From Tubiluchus corallicola (Eukaryota; Animalia; Priapulida), in the NCBI GenBank assembly GCA_030141605.1, contig JAQGDQ010000787.1:1-64000 (forward strand): DNA of 64,000 bases, given 5' to 3'. The notes beneath the pieces are model-generated. The model did not search any database. It was not told the DNA's origin and was given only the letters and a program-made list of their open reading frames with translations. The position numbers and the translations under genes are program-made. This document shows, piece by piece, positions 25,880 through 38,284 of this stretch (positions are counted from its first letter, which is position 1; each line of letters opens with the position of its first letter).

Positions 25880-26520
25880 AATCAAAGTTAAGCAGCGCCG
25901 AAGTTCATTAGTGCATGGATAGGTGGATTGGCGGTTTCACTGTTACTGTGTTTCTTTAGTGATCAAAGTTAAGCAGCGCCGAACTTCATTAGTGGATAGA
26001 TAGGTGGACTGGGCGGTTTCATTGTTACTGTGTTTCTTTAGTGATCAAAGTTAAGCAGCGCCGAAGTTCATTAGTGCATGGATAGGTGGAATGGGCGGTT
26101 TCATTGTTACTGTGTTTCTTTAGTGATCAAAGTTAAGCAGCGCCGAACTTCATTAGTGGATAGATAGGTGGACTGGGCGGTTTCATTGGCTACATGCTCG
26201 CTGCTTTTCTCGTCGAGAGAGGTCGCTTTTATATTTGAATGTTACTGTGTTTCTTTAGTGATCAAAGTTAAGCAACACCGACGTTGGTCAGTGAATGAAT
26301 AAGTGGATTTGCCAGTTTCATTGGCTGCATTCAGGTTGTTTTTCTCGTCGAGAGAGGGCGTTTTTACATTTGAATGTTACTGTGTTTCTTTTAATGATCA
26401 AAGTTAAGCAACACCGACGTTGGTCAGTGAATGAATAGGTGGATTTGCCAGTTTCATTGGCTGCATTCAGGTTGTTTATCTCGTCGAGAGAGGGCGTTTT
26501 TACATTTAAACGTTACTAAG
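25880..26520. repeat. Tandem repeat of ~82-135-bp units
   Basis: Recurrent gatcaaagttaagca(g/a)c(g/a)ccga...tgttactgtgtttctttagt, 6 units. Confidence 0.85.
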
Positions 26521-26899
26521 ACCACTTTACCAGTTCCGTGTCTCGTCTTAGAAGTGTATTGATGATGATAATGAGCTATGTTCCAGTCACGCCATACACC
26601 CTGCCTTGAATGCAGGATTCTGCTCTACAGAATGATCGTTACTGTAAGACACGTTAATTTTCACGTATCATCAAGTTTCTCTCTTAAATTGCAACTGTTT
26701 GATCTCTTATTTTAACAGATTAATGCCTTTTATTTTTCTTAATTAATGCAAATGCAGAAACCGGTAAACAGGAAAAGACAAAAATGGCGGAAGAGAAGAA
26801 GAAAAAAGCGAAGAAAACGGATAAAATGGAAAAGGAGATTGACAAATTGTCTCTTTCTGATGATGTGAGTTTTTGATACACAAATTTAAATCATTTTTA

Positions 26900-28090
26900 A
26901 AGTGATGTTAATAATGATGATGATGATGATGCTAATGCTAATAGCGATGATTATGACGACGACTATGATGATGCTAATAGCAATGATTATGATGACGACT
27001 ATGATGATAATGATGCCGATGGCGACATATGATGTTAATAATGATGATGATGATGACGATGATGCTAATAGCAATGATTATGAAGACGACTATAATGATA
27101 ATGATGCTGATGGCGACATATGATGTTAATAATAATGATGATGATGATGCTAATAGCAATGATTATGACGACGACTATGATAATAATGATGCCGATGGCG
27201 ACATATGATGTTAATAATGAGGATGATGATGCTAATAGCAATGATTATGACGACGACTATAATAATAATGAAGCAGATGGCGACATATGATGTTAATAAT
27301 GATGATGATGATGACGATGATGCTAATAGCAATGATTATGACGACGACTATAATGATAATGATGCCGATGGCGACATATGATGTTAATAATGATGATGAT
27401 GATGACGATGATGCTAATAGCGATGATTATGACGACGACTATGATGATAATGATGCTGATGGCGACATATGATGTTAATAATGATGATGATGATGATGAT
27501 GCTAGTAGCGATGATTATGACGACGACTATGATGATAATGATGCCGATGATGCTAATAGCAATGATTATGACGACGACTATAATGATAATGAAGCTGATG
27601 GCGACATATGATGTTAATAATGATGATGATGATGACGATGATGCTAATAGCAATGATTATGACGACGACTATAATGATAATGATGCCGATGGCGACATAT
27701 GATGTTAATAATGATGATGATGATGATGATGACGATGATGCTAATAGCAATGATTATGACGACGACTATGATAATAATGATGCCGATGGCGACATATGAT
27801 GTTAATAATGATGATGATGATGACGATGATGCTAATAGCAATGATTATGACGACGACTATAATGATAATGATGCCGATGGCGACATATGATGTTAATAAT
27901 GATGATGATGATGACGATGATGCTAATAGCAATGATTATGACGACGACTATAATGATAATGATGCCGATGGCGACATATGATGTTAATAATGATGATGAT
28001 GATGACGATGCTAATAGCGATGATTATGACGACGACTATGATGATAATGATGCTGATGGCGACATATGATGTTAATGATGAAGATGACGG
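26900..28090. repeat. ~91-bp satellite built from GAT/GAC/AAT triplets
   Basis: Unit ...gatgctaatagcaatgattatgacgacgactataatgataatgatgccgatggcgacatatgatgttaataat..., about 12 copies; the reading frame shifts at each unit. Confidence 0.9.
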
Positions 28091-28991
28091 ATACTGCGTT
28101 TTTTTGGAAACGTTTAAAACGAAAATAATATGACAAAATTTACTCCGAAATTAAACACACTTCAGATATTTTAAGTCTCCAGGTTTACAATTAATGCGTA
28201 CGATGCAGAAAAACGCATGTAAACATGAACGCCCCCTATGTGTAGAAATTCGTATTACTGTCCCCTAATTGTACAACGTGTATGAACGTGTAAAACGGTA
28301 TGAATCGATAACTACAATATGCGGTTAGTAGATTCACCTGGGATTGTTCGCTTTATGCACAGTAAACGTGTAATATATGAGGCTTCATTCCTGCGTAGTG
28401 GAGTAATTAATACGGCGTAATTAAGCCACGTCTTGAGAAGCCATGCGCTGAAGGATTCAATTAGATGCGGTCAGTGCAGGGAGAAACTAACAAACCAAGC
28501 TTTTCGTGGTCTTTGCTAGATTACTAGAATATAATTAGAAACTTTGTTTCAAACTGTGACAAGGCCTTAGTTTTGAATATTGTTGAACAACTTGGCTAAA
28601 TCTTAACCCCCGTTCAATGGCGTTTATAGGAGAAAAACTCTTTGTAGAGTACAGGTTTTGATAACACCATTGTGTATTCAGTGCTGCAGCTGCTGCCACC
28701 TACACGCTACAGTGAACACTCAAAACAAGCGTAAGAAAATTAATGATAGCGATAGAAAAGAACATCGCAGGTAAAAGTCACTAAGGACATCTTAAGGAAA
28801 CGCAAGGACAACGTTGAATGTCTGGAACGGAAAGAGGGACAAATTTGACTTATTCATGGTAAACCAAGCATGTAAGCCATGATGCTGTTTGCTCACGAAA
28901 GTTTGAAGCTTTTTGCTTTGCAACGAATCTACAGATCGATACACACGTATTAAACAATCTTTTATGAGTAAAATGTTAGTAGCAACTGCAA

Positions 28992-29484
28992 AACCTAGCC
29001 ACTGGGGGGGGGGGGGGGCAAGCCGTGCCGGTCCCAAGCCCGGATAAATAGGAAGGGTTAGGGTCAGGAAGGGCATCCGCCTGTAAAAACTGTGCCAAAA
29101 CCTTCTATGAATGAGTCGGTGAGACTTAAAGGGAAAGTCCACAAAGAAGTGGTCAGACCCGCTCTAATCTATGGGCTGGAAGCAGCTTCTCTAAAGAAGA
29201 CCGAAGAGAAGAAAATGGGTGTGGTGGAGATGAGGATGCTAAGATGGATGGTGGGAATAACAAGAAGAGATAAAATTAGAAATAATCATATCAGAGGAAC
29301 AGTAAAAGTAGTGGAAGCCTCGCAAGATTGAGATGGTATGGACACCTGAAAAGAAGAGTCGGTGAAGATCATGTGGGAAGGGAAGACATAAATGAAGAGA
29401 TGGTCAGCAACAGGAATGCGTGGAGAAGACTCGTTCACAATGGCGACCCCGACTAGGGAAAGCTGGGAAGAAGAAGAAGAAGAA
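28992..29484 (+). mobile_element. Non-autonomous bipartite RTE retrotransposon, copy 2
   Basis: Same family as 11133-11746 with a further internal deletion; 17-bp TSD gttagtagcaactgcaa (28975-28991, 29485-29501). Confidence 0.87.
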
Positions 29485-29594
29485 GTTAGTAGCAACTGCA
29501 ATAACATTGAAGATCTTTCTGAATTAAGTAAAGTCAAATCCCACGATGATCTAAATTGATATAAATTAATTTAATTGGAAAATGTACGAAATCA

Positions 29595-30367
29595 GTTAAT
29601 TATTTAAAAAATGTAAAACAATGAGTAATTTTACATGTTGGTACGTAACTCTGCTGCAGAAGTAATGAGTAACAATGCATAATTTATTACATCAATGTAT
29701 TGCTGAAACAATGGATAAGCATAACAATGGACAATGCTCTCAATGTTAATTAATTATCTAAAAAATGCAAAACAATGAGTAATTTTACATTGTTGGTACG
29801 TAACTCTGCTGCGGAAGTAATGAGTAACAATGCACAATTTATTACATCAATGCATGGCTGAAACAATGGATAAGCATAACAATGGACAATGCTCTCAATG
29901 TTAATTAATTATTTAAAAAATGTAAAACAATGAGTAATTTTACATGTTGGTACGTAACTCTGCTGCAGAAGTAATGAGTAACAATGCACAATTTGTTACA
30001 TCAATGCATGGCTGAAACAATGGATAAGCATAACAATGGACAATGCTCTCAATGTTAATTAATTATCTAAAAAATGTAAAACAATGAGTAATTTTACATT
30101 GTTGGTACGTAACTCTGCTGCGGAAGTAATGAGAATAACAATGCACAATTTATTACATCAATGTATTGCTGAAACAATGGAGCAGCATAACAATGGACAA
30201 TGCTCTCAATGTTAATTAATTATTTAAAAAATGTAAAACAATGAGTAATTTTACATGTTGGTACGTAACTTTGCTGCAGAAGTAATGAGTAACAATGCAC
30301 AATTTATTACATCAATGTATTGCTGAAACAATGGAGCAGCATAACAATGGACAGTGCTCTCAATGTT
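29595..30367. repeat. ~154-bp tandem repeat, 5 copies
   Basis: Unit contains aaaatgtaaaacaatgagtaattttacatgttggtacgtaactctgctgc. Confidence 0.92.
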
Positions 30368-30857
30368 TGGTGTCTCATGCATCTCTCACTGCCTGCAATC
30401 TTGAGAGGTATGATAGGTGATGAAGATGATTCAACACATAAACTTGTGAGACATCTGCAAGATGAGATGTGTTGGTAGATTTTGAGTTCAGTCATGCTGA
30501 CAGTGTAGAACGTATGAAGCTTTTACACAAAGTTTTGTGAGCTTCATAGATCCGTTCTGTTGTTTAAACTGTACTTCCATATAATAAATAAGCCATCTTA
30601 CAGTTTTGCTCTGTAGCTCAAAGGTATAGTAGCCAAGGCAACGCGTCTTAAATACAACCGTCACATGACATGTAGGTAAAGCAAAGCCGTCTGTCGTAAC
30701 GCTGCGTAATTTTAGTTGTTTTATGTGGACTTTACTACTACTAGTCTGTGTGTAGAGTGATCTTGCTTGGGAACATGAACTAGGTAAAGTTCTAGGTTAA
30801 TGTTGTTACTGTTACAATAGCTTAGGCTGCTAGACATTGTCAAGTGTACACAAACGC

Positions 30858-32156
30858 TGTAATGACCCAGAATAAATCATTGAACCGTACTCTAAGATAA
30901 ACATTAGGCTTTATTTTCATATTTTGACACCAGCTTCCCTTTACTTATGTTCACTAAATGAAATTGTTTTTAGATTGTTATGATCAACTAGGTAATACTA
31001 TTTGTTAGTTTAGGGAAGGTTATTCCCCCCCCCCCTGGGTTGGGTTAAACGTGTAACTGTACGTTTGTGCATTTAATCGCATTGAAGCCAAACGCATGGA
31101 TTTCTGGACGTTCGTGACACAGATTTCACGGACAGGATATGCAACTTGAGTTTGGTTGGTGAAACTGCGTTTTTACGTTTTACCTGATTGTCCATTAGCT
31201 GACGTTTGAAAAGCTAATGATCTATTTGTGGTGGTGGAAGATGTCCACTCTTTGGTTTACATGGCTTTGCTGATCTTACCATGCCGGGAAGATGTCGTTT
31301 CGGATCATGTGAGAGCACCGTCGTGCAGTTGGAAAGGTGCCCAGCTCAATACTCCATCGCATGGGACGGAGAAGTCGTCACTGCCCGGGTAGGAACTTTA
31401 TGCCAATAAACCGGAAGGCAAAGGTACCTGTTTACTTACGTTATCGTTAATTGGCGCCAGAGGGAGAACTTGTTTTTGATGTGAATTTCCGAACGCATGT
31501 GTGCCTACAACTACGTTCACACGTCACCCTTTGATAGACTTACGTTGAAACATTTAGCTACGCTTCTCTCAGACTTTTTGCGTCATCACTGTGGGAGTTG
31601 TGAACCCGTTAGATGAAGTTTAAACCACACTTTAGTCGTCCTAAAGGACTATGGCCACAATCTACACGTGTCTGGAGAATATACTATGCTAGCGTACGCA
31701 TTTTGGGGTGGCTGGTAGAGTAAGTAGGAACCATTTAAATAGTTAGGAACACTGTATGATTTTTGTATGTTTTGTCATTGCATTTAATTCGTGCCATGCT
31801 GTTTAGTAGCGTTTTCAGACTTACTTTTGCTTATTACTAATTTCCATTGTTTACAAAAAGCTCAACTATACAACTGTTTTTGTTTGTGTCATTAAACTTA
31901 ATATTTTGTCATTTATTCGTCTGGTTACAGTTGGTTTTTGGGGTATAGATGGAAAGCCTGTTTTCAATCAATCCCACCACAAAAGAATCCATGCTATTTA
32001 GGTAGAGCCCCGTAGCTGCCTACGCTCAGCTATTGTCTGTTTCTTTAGTGGGCAGTTGGTTAGTGCCCCTAGCTCGGCCAAGGAACTGATCGAACTTAGC
32101 AGCGACTACCATTAATTGGCCCCTATGGTCTGCCCCTGTATGCACGGGCCATTACA
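30858..32156 (+). repeat. 5' LTR (~1.3 kb)
   Basis: TG...CA with 11-bp imperfect inverted termini; directly repeated at 34869-35962. Confidence 0.9.
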
Positions 32157-32158
32157 GA

Positions 32159-32177
32159 TGGTGGCAGCGGTGGGATT
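32159..32177 (+). promoter_or_regulatory. Primer binding site, tRNA-Leu type
   Basis: TGGTGGCAGCGGTGGGATT, 2 nt after the LTR end, complementary to the tRNA-Leu 3' end AATCCCACCGCTGCCACCA. Confidence 0.85.
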
Positions 32178-32583
32178 GATTTAATCAGGTTTTCTACTCT
32201 GTGCGTTTATTTCAAAAATTTAAGTTTAATACAAAGACCTTGGGAAGAAATTTAGCACTCGCACAAGAAAGTAGGTGCGAGAAACTAGGTCACTTTACAC
32301 TTATATTTCAGTTCTATAACCTTGCGCGGAACGTATACCAGGTTTAGTTGTTATAACTTTGTGCAGTATTACGGTAATACGAAATTTTTGCTGCGCTTTA
32401 ACGTACTTTGTTCTCGTGGCTTCCATAGCAAAATCTTGTTGCAGTTATAGAAGCCAAGTTTTGTGCAGAATCCGCTGTCGCGAATTACACAATTTAAACA
32501 ATTCGCACAGTTGACATTGCTTGGCAAAAGTCGAATAATAAATTTATTCACACTCACAGTATTATAATACTACATTAATAAAC

Positions 32584-34911
32584 ATGGAAGACGAAGACAA
32601 TATTTATACAAGAGAACAGTTGGACACTTTGCCAATGTCCAAGCTTCGAGAAATAGCTAGATCATTGGATATGATCTCTTTGTCCAATAGGCGGGTAGTT
32701 CTTATTGACACAATATTAGAAATTCAGGCCCAGCGCCCAGTACCATCTGAATCCCAACAAGGAATGGTTTCGCCCGTCACTTCACTACTGTCAGCAGTAC
32801 AACAGACAGTCGAGAAAGCACAAGCTACGAAGTTAGCGCCGCCCTCTCCCGACTTGAGTCCGCCGCAGCTTACCTTGCACCAAACACCAGCAAAACAGCT
32901 TAGCGACCCTAGCACACAAATAAGTACTAGTAATGAGACAGGCATGTATGATTTAACCGGGTTGCCCCCAGATGATAAAATTAAATTAATTTTACAACTG
33001 GAGGAGTCCAGAGCGAGAGAGAGAGAGTTAGCGAGAGACAGAGAATGGCAGGTGCGTGAATTAGAGATAAAGGAACGTCAACGGGAGCGTGAAGAGAGGA
33101 GGATGGAGAGAGAGTGGGAAGCAATGCAGGAAAGCAAAAGACATGACAGAGAGTTGCAAAGAGCACGTCTTTCATTAAATACATCAAACGCAAATGCAAA
33201 CTCTACATCTACTGAATTCACACAGCATATTAAACTCAAAGTGCGACCTTTTAAGGAAGGTCAAGGTGAGTCGATCCTGGAGTACTTGACTTATTATGAG
33301 CGTTGTTGCCAAGTGAATGATATACCAAGGTCACAGTGGTGTTGTTCTCTTGCCCCTCATCTCTCGGGTAAGGCTAGTTATGCCTTCCAACTTATTGAAG
33401 GGGAGGATATTCGTTCTTATATCAAAGTCAAGGAAGCCATTCTTGCAGCTTATATGGTGACTCCTGAGAGTTACCGCATAGCGTTTAGGGACCTTTCTAA
33501 ACGTAAAGATGAGACGTGTACGCAGACAGTGGTACGTCTCAGGCAGAGCCTACGGGACTGGGCAGATGCTATGTCGGTCACCAGTAAAGATCAGGCCCTA
33601 GATTTAATAGCCTATGAGCATTTCATGACAATAATCCCTGCAGAGGTCGCTTTGTGGCTGAAGAAAAATAGCATCTACAAACTTGACGAAGCTGCTCAAA
33701 AAGCTGACGCTTATATTTCAGCTCAGAATCCCAGAGCAACCTCTAGTAAATTCTCTCCATCACCAGCAAATCGTAAACCTGATGTAAAACCTGCAACACA
33801 CAAGGGAGGAACTGCACCAGCCAGAGTGCAATGTTACCATTGCGGCCAGCAGGGCCATTATTCTTCCTCTTGCCCAAGAAAGAAGGCCTCTCCCACTGAA
33901 AGGCCTAGATTAGCACCTAGCGTGAGAGACAAACCATCGTACAAACAACTTTTGGTCCCTTGTGCTCCAGATATGGCGACTTTAGTCACTGCTGGAGCAG
34001 GAACCGAAGAGTGTGTGTCTGGTCAACCATGTTTTCGAGCCGTCTTGAATGGAAAAGACGTCACCGGGTTGCGAGACACTGGAGCCTCAAAGTCTGTTGT
34101 CCACCCAGACCATGTCCGCCCTGAACAATACGTGAAAGGTTTGTCCAACCAACTGTCTTGCATACATAACTGTGACAAATCTTGTCCCGTTGCTATTGTT
34201 GAAATAGAATCGCCTTACGCTACAGGCTATCTGACAGTCACCGTCGCAGTTGATTGTCCAGTTCCACTATTATTGGGGAATGACTTTGAAACTGAAATCT
34301 CTCCATTTTTGTCAAAGAAAGACAAATCTAGTGGGACAAACAAGAAACAACCCAAGCAACCTGGGAAAGGTCTCACACTCAGACACCAACCATTAACTTC
34401 GGGTGAAGGTTGGGAGACACCCAAGCTGTACTCTCAGGTAGTTCAGTCTACTGAGCAAAAGAACGTGTCTGCCCCTCAACCCAGTTGGGAACCTCAGCCG
34501 GTAGCTGATGCAGAGGCTGCCAAATCTGTTGCATTCCCAATAGGAACTAGAGCTAAGGCAAGGGCTCTAAGTGAACAAGAAAAACATGATGCAGAAATAC
34601 AGCACCAAGCTAGTTCTGATACACCCCTACCTGTCTTAAATGAGAAACAGGCTAGGAAACAACAGAACCTTGCAGAATTGGTGCAAAGAGAACACTTAAT
34701 AAGTGAACAGAAAAATGATGTTACTTTGCGCAACTTACTTGACCATGTGCAAGCAGAGGCTGAATGCAAAGCCCAAAAGGTTGGCTACTTCTTAAAGCAA
34801 GGAGTACTTCACACAGTGCGCCGTAATGCAAGAGGAGGCCACACTGACCTTCTAGTAGTACCCTCAGTCTGTACGTTTGTGCATTTAATCGGATTGAAGC
34901 CAAACGCATAG
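32584..34911 (+). CDS. gag-pro: Gag (SCAN-like capsid C-terminal domain, CCHC knuckle)-aspartic protease polyprotein, truncated at the start of an integrase-like region
   Basis: 775-aa uninterrupted ORF with a coiled coil, PESYRIAFR...DLIAYEHFMTIIP...DEAAQKADAY (SCAN-like), CYHCGQQGHYSSSC, LRDTGA, and EQKND..L...YFLKQGVL...LLVVP. The last ~14 codons come from the LTR. Confidence 0.9.
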   Translation: MEDEDNIYTREQLDTLPMSKLREIARSLDMISLSNRRVVLIDTILEIQAQRPVPSESQQGMVSPVTSLLSAVQQTVEKAQATKLAPPSPDLSPPQLTLHQTPAKQLSDPSTQISTSNETGMYDLTGLPPDDKIKLILQLEESRARERELARDREWQVRELEIKERQREREERRMEREWEAMQESKRHDRELQRARLSLNTSNANANSTSTEFTQHIKLKVRPFKEGQGESILEYLTYYERCCQVNDIPRSQWCCSLAPHLSGKASYAFQLIEGEDIRSYIKVKEAILAAYMVTPESYRIAFRDLSKRKDETCTQTVVRLRQSLRDWADAMSVTSKDQALDLIAYEHFMTIIPAEVALWLKKNSIYKLDEAAQKADAYISAQNPRATSSKFSPSPANRKPDVKPATHKGGTAPARVQCYHCGQQGHYSSSCPRKKASPTERPRLAPSVRDKPSYKQLLVPCAPDMATLVTAGAGTEECVSGQPCFRAVLNGKDVTGLRDTGASKSVVHPDHVRPEQYVKGLSNQLSCIHNCDKSCPVAIVEIESPYATGYLTVTVAVDCPVPLLLGNDFETEISPFLSKKDKSSGTNKKQPKQPGKGLTLRHQPLTSGEGWETPKLYSQVVQSTEQKNVSAPQPSWEPQPVADAEAAKSVAFPIGTRAKARALSEQEKHDAEIQHQASSDTPLPVLNEKQARKQQNLAELVQREHLISEQKNDVTLRNLLDHVQAEAECKAQKVGYFLKQGVLHTVRRNARGGHTDLLVVPSVCTFVHLIGLKPNA

Positions 34912-35962
34912 ATTTCTGTACGTTCATGACACAGATTTCACGGACAGGATATGCAACTTGAGTTTGGTTGGTGAAACTGCGTTTTTACGTTTTACCTGAT
35001 TGTCTATTAGCTGACGTTTGAAAGCTAATGATCTATTTGTGGTGGTGGAAGATGTCCACTCATTGGTTTACATGGCTTTGCTGATCTTACCATGCTGGGA
35101 AGATGTCGTCTCGGATCATGTGAGAGCACCGTCGTGCAGTTGGAAAGGTGCCCAGCTCGATAGTCCATCGCATGGGACGGAGAAGTCGTCACTGCCCGGG
35201 TAGGAACTTTATGCCAATAAACCGGGAAGCAAAGGTACCTGTTTACTTACGTTATCGTTAATTGGCGCAGAGGGAGAACTTGTTTTGATGCGAATTTCCG
35301 AGCGCATGTATGCCTAGAGCTCCGTTCACACGTCACCCTTTTGTTAGACTTACGTTGAAACATTTAGCTACGTTTCTCTCAGACTTTTGCGTCATCACTG
35401 TGGGAGTCGTGAACCCGTTACATGAAGTCAGAACCATACTTCAGTCGTTCTAAAGGACTCTGACCACAAACTACACTTGTCTGGTGAAGATATTATGCTA
35501 GCGTACGCATTTTGGGGTGGCTGGTAGAGTAAGTAGGAACCCTTTAAATAGTTAGGAAAACTGTATGATTTTTGTATGTTTTGTCATTGCATTTATTTCA
35601 TGCCATGCTGTTTAGTAGCGTTTTCAGATTAGCTTTTGCTTATTACTAATTTCCATTGTTCACAAAAAGCTCAATTATACAACTGTTTTTGTTTGTGTCA
35701 TTAAACTTAATATTATGTCATTTATTCGACTGGTTACAGTTTGGCTTTTAGGGTATAGATGGAAAGCCTGTTTTTGATCAATCCCACCACAAAAGAATCC
35801 ATGCTATTTAGGTAGAGCCCCCGTAGAGTCTGCCTACGCTCAGCTATTGTCTGTTTCTTTAGTGGGCAGTCGGTTAGTGCCCCTAGCTCGGCCAAGGAAC
35901 TGATCGAACTTAGCAGCGACTACCATTAATTGGCCCCTATGGTCTGCCCCTGTATGCACGGG
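34869..35962 (+). repeat. 3' LTR, missing the first ~200 bp and last ~8 bp
   Basis: Collinear with 31057-32148, with scattered substitutions and indels. Confidence 0.9.
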
Positions 35963-37249
35963 TATCTGTATGAATAACATGAACTATAGAAATGTAAAAA
36001 TTGACATAGCCAGCAACACAATTTTTACTTTTACTGCGAGTCTACTAATTTCTTCTAATTGAACCACTTATATAACTTAACTGTACATGTGTGTCCGAAA
36101 AGAAACTATGTTAATAATAATAATAGCAAATCCTGTGCACTTTATTTAAAAAAAATAAGTCAAGAACTAGGAGAAGATGAACTCTAAAATTTCGCATAAA
36201 TCCGCTCATCACAAATACTGAAGTATTTTTGAAAAATTTTTCAAGCAAATCTTAGAAGGTCACCTGGGAAGTTCTTAAAAATGTAGGTGAATTGACATGG
36301 GCTAACCCTAGTGCAAGCCATAAGGAAATTTTGAAACTACAAATTAAGTTTCAGAAGTTCGTGAAGCGTACCGCTTAAACTTTTTCGATGAAATCACTTT
36401 AAATCAAGGTAGCGAATTTTTTGAGGTTAAGCTGTATTACAGTTTAGAATCCCTTGAAGAAAAGACTTTATTACTACATGATATTTAACCCTTTCACTAC
36501 AGAAGGTGCCTATGTTTTTCATGCAAGGGACGGAACACAGTAGACTGTTGTTTAAGATCAGCACTAAGCGCAGTCACTCAGGTCTGTTTATTTCAGTGCT
36601 ACGGCCATGCAAAATATTGCAGAAAAGTTAGACAGCCATGGGATTGTAGTTGCAACCAGTAAAGCTAACCAGCCAATCAGCGTCTGAAGCCAGGTGCATT
36701 TCGCAGTACTTTACTGTATGGTATTTTGGGTCTCACTTGCCTTCAACTGACCCCTCCCACAATGTGTGTGTGTGTGCGCATGTGTGTGCGTGCATGTATA
36801 TGTGTGCATGTGTAAAAATAAAACTAATATTTAATATTAGTACTCAGTAACGAACAACTATTTGTTTATTTATAAGGTTCTGTTTTACTAACACACCACA
36901 AGTAGTTACTGTCAAATGTGTAAATGTCAAATGTGGCCCAGTTATAAAGCAAAAGCAATAACGTAGTGAAAGAGTTAAATATATACCTTTTTTTGTGGGA
37001 ACATCTTTACTCCGCTGAGTGCGGAACAGTCGCAGGTGTTGCTTGATGAAGGAACATCTCGTTCGCCATTGGAGAAAATTTCTCTTGCAGCATCCATAAC
37101 TGCTAACTTTGGTAGAAAATAATTTGCCACTAGGTCTTAATTGAAATCTGAAAAATTTAAATGATGTTACTGTTAAATAAGTGTATTGGAAACTAGTGTT
37201 GGAAATCGACAGTTTCCAATTCATAACGACAAAATAAAATAGACACATG

Positions 37250-37600
37250 TAAGCCAGAAGAGGTTAAAGATATATTGAAAATAAGACTGAATATGATTAA
37301 AGTTAAAGGGAGCTACAAGAATGAGTTTAAGGATCAGTTATTATGCCCAGTGTGTGGGGAAGATGATGATACTACTGAACATATGCTTAGATGTGACGGA
37401 TATAGAGAATGGAAAAAAAATTTGAACTCAGATATATTAATGAACAGTAAGAAGGAAGGATTGCTAGAAATCAGAAATCTAGTGAACGAATGCATAGAAT
37501 ACAGGATAAAGACAAATAAAGACATTAAACTTGGAAAAGACAACTAAAAGATCAGCGTTATAGAAGAATAGACTTTGCACCCTAATAAAGCAGTTAATGA
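37250..37600 (+). mobile_element. LINE C-terminal zinc-finger remnant
   Basis: KIRLNMIKVKGSYKN...LCPVCGEDDDTTEHMLRC (CCHC finger typical of ORF2 ends). Confidence 0.6.
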
Positions 37601-38284
37601 AAAAGCCATGCATGTCTATAAAAACAGTTCATGAATCCGGAAAATGGCACACAGCGAGGGAAACAGGGAGAAGTTATCTAGGCTACATTTTACTGTTCAA
37701 TCATTGAAAAATTTGGCTAAAAACATTAAAAATCGGTGCAAAATATTAATCGTCATATCGAATTACAAGACAAAGGTCATAGTTGAAATAGAAAATTTCA
37801 AAATTGCCCATCACTAGGCCTATTGTATCCATTACATTCTGAAATTGAGATGTTATTCATAGTCTTTCCAAAGAGTTTCTAAATATATATATATATATAG
37901 GCCTGTACTAACTCCCTAGTTAATTAAGGACTTTATTAATTTACGAAATTAATGCTGATGGCAATGACTTTTAATTGTAACGCATGATTTTTAGACATAG
38001 GGTCTAAAATGTAGAACGAACTTAGAGAAAAAGACTGTTTCTAAGCAGGTATGCTTATCGTTAGTTAGTCTAATGTGTAGCTGTTTTGGTTGTATTTTCC
38101 AAGTCTTTCTATGTCATGGAAGGTAGCAAGTTAGGATCTACGTAATCGTTCATATTCACGTTGCAGTATTGTTTTAATTTATTTTGAAGCGTTTGCCCTG
38201 TAAGACAGTTCTCAGTCCAGTTGTTAACGCTACTTGGATGGCTTCCAGTCTAAACCCGTTCTGTTTGTTCCCCTATGCAAATGA

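Larger units (their letters stand above)
30858..35962 (+). mobile_element. Internally deleted Gmr1-like Ty3/gypsy LTR retrotransposon
   Basis: 5' LTR 30858-32156 (TGTAATGACCC...GGGCCATTACA), PBS 32159-32177, Gag-PR ORF, second LTR copy 34869-35962. No RT, RNase H or integrase core. Confidence 0.92.

Noticed and set aside
26886-28069. Many overlapping Asp/Met-rich ORFs suggesting an acidic biomineralisation protein
   Set aside because: The unit length is not a multiple of 3, so the Asp-rich frame stops in every unit; it is a satellite, and follows a splice donor.
35018-35203. 61-aa ORF present in both LTRs
   Set aside because: Non-ATG start, no recognisable motif; conservation is explained by LTR identity.
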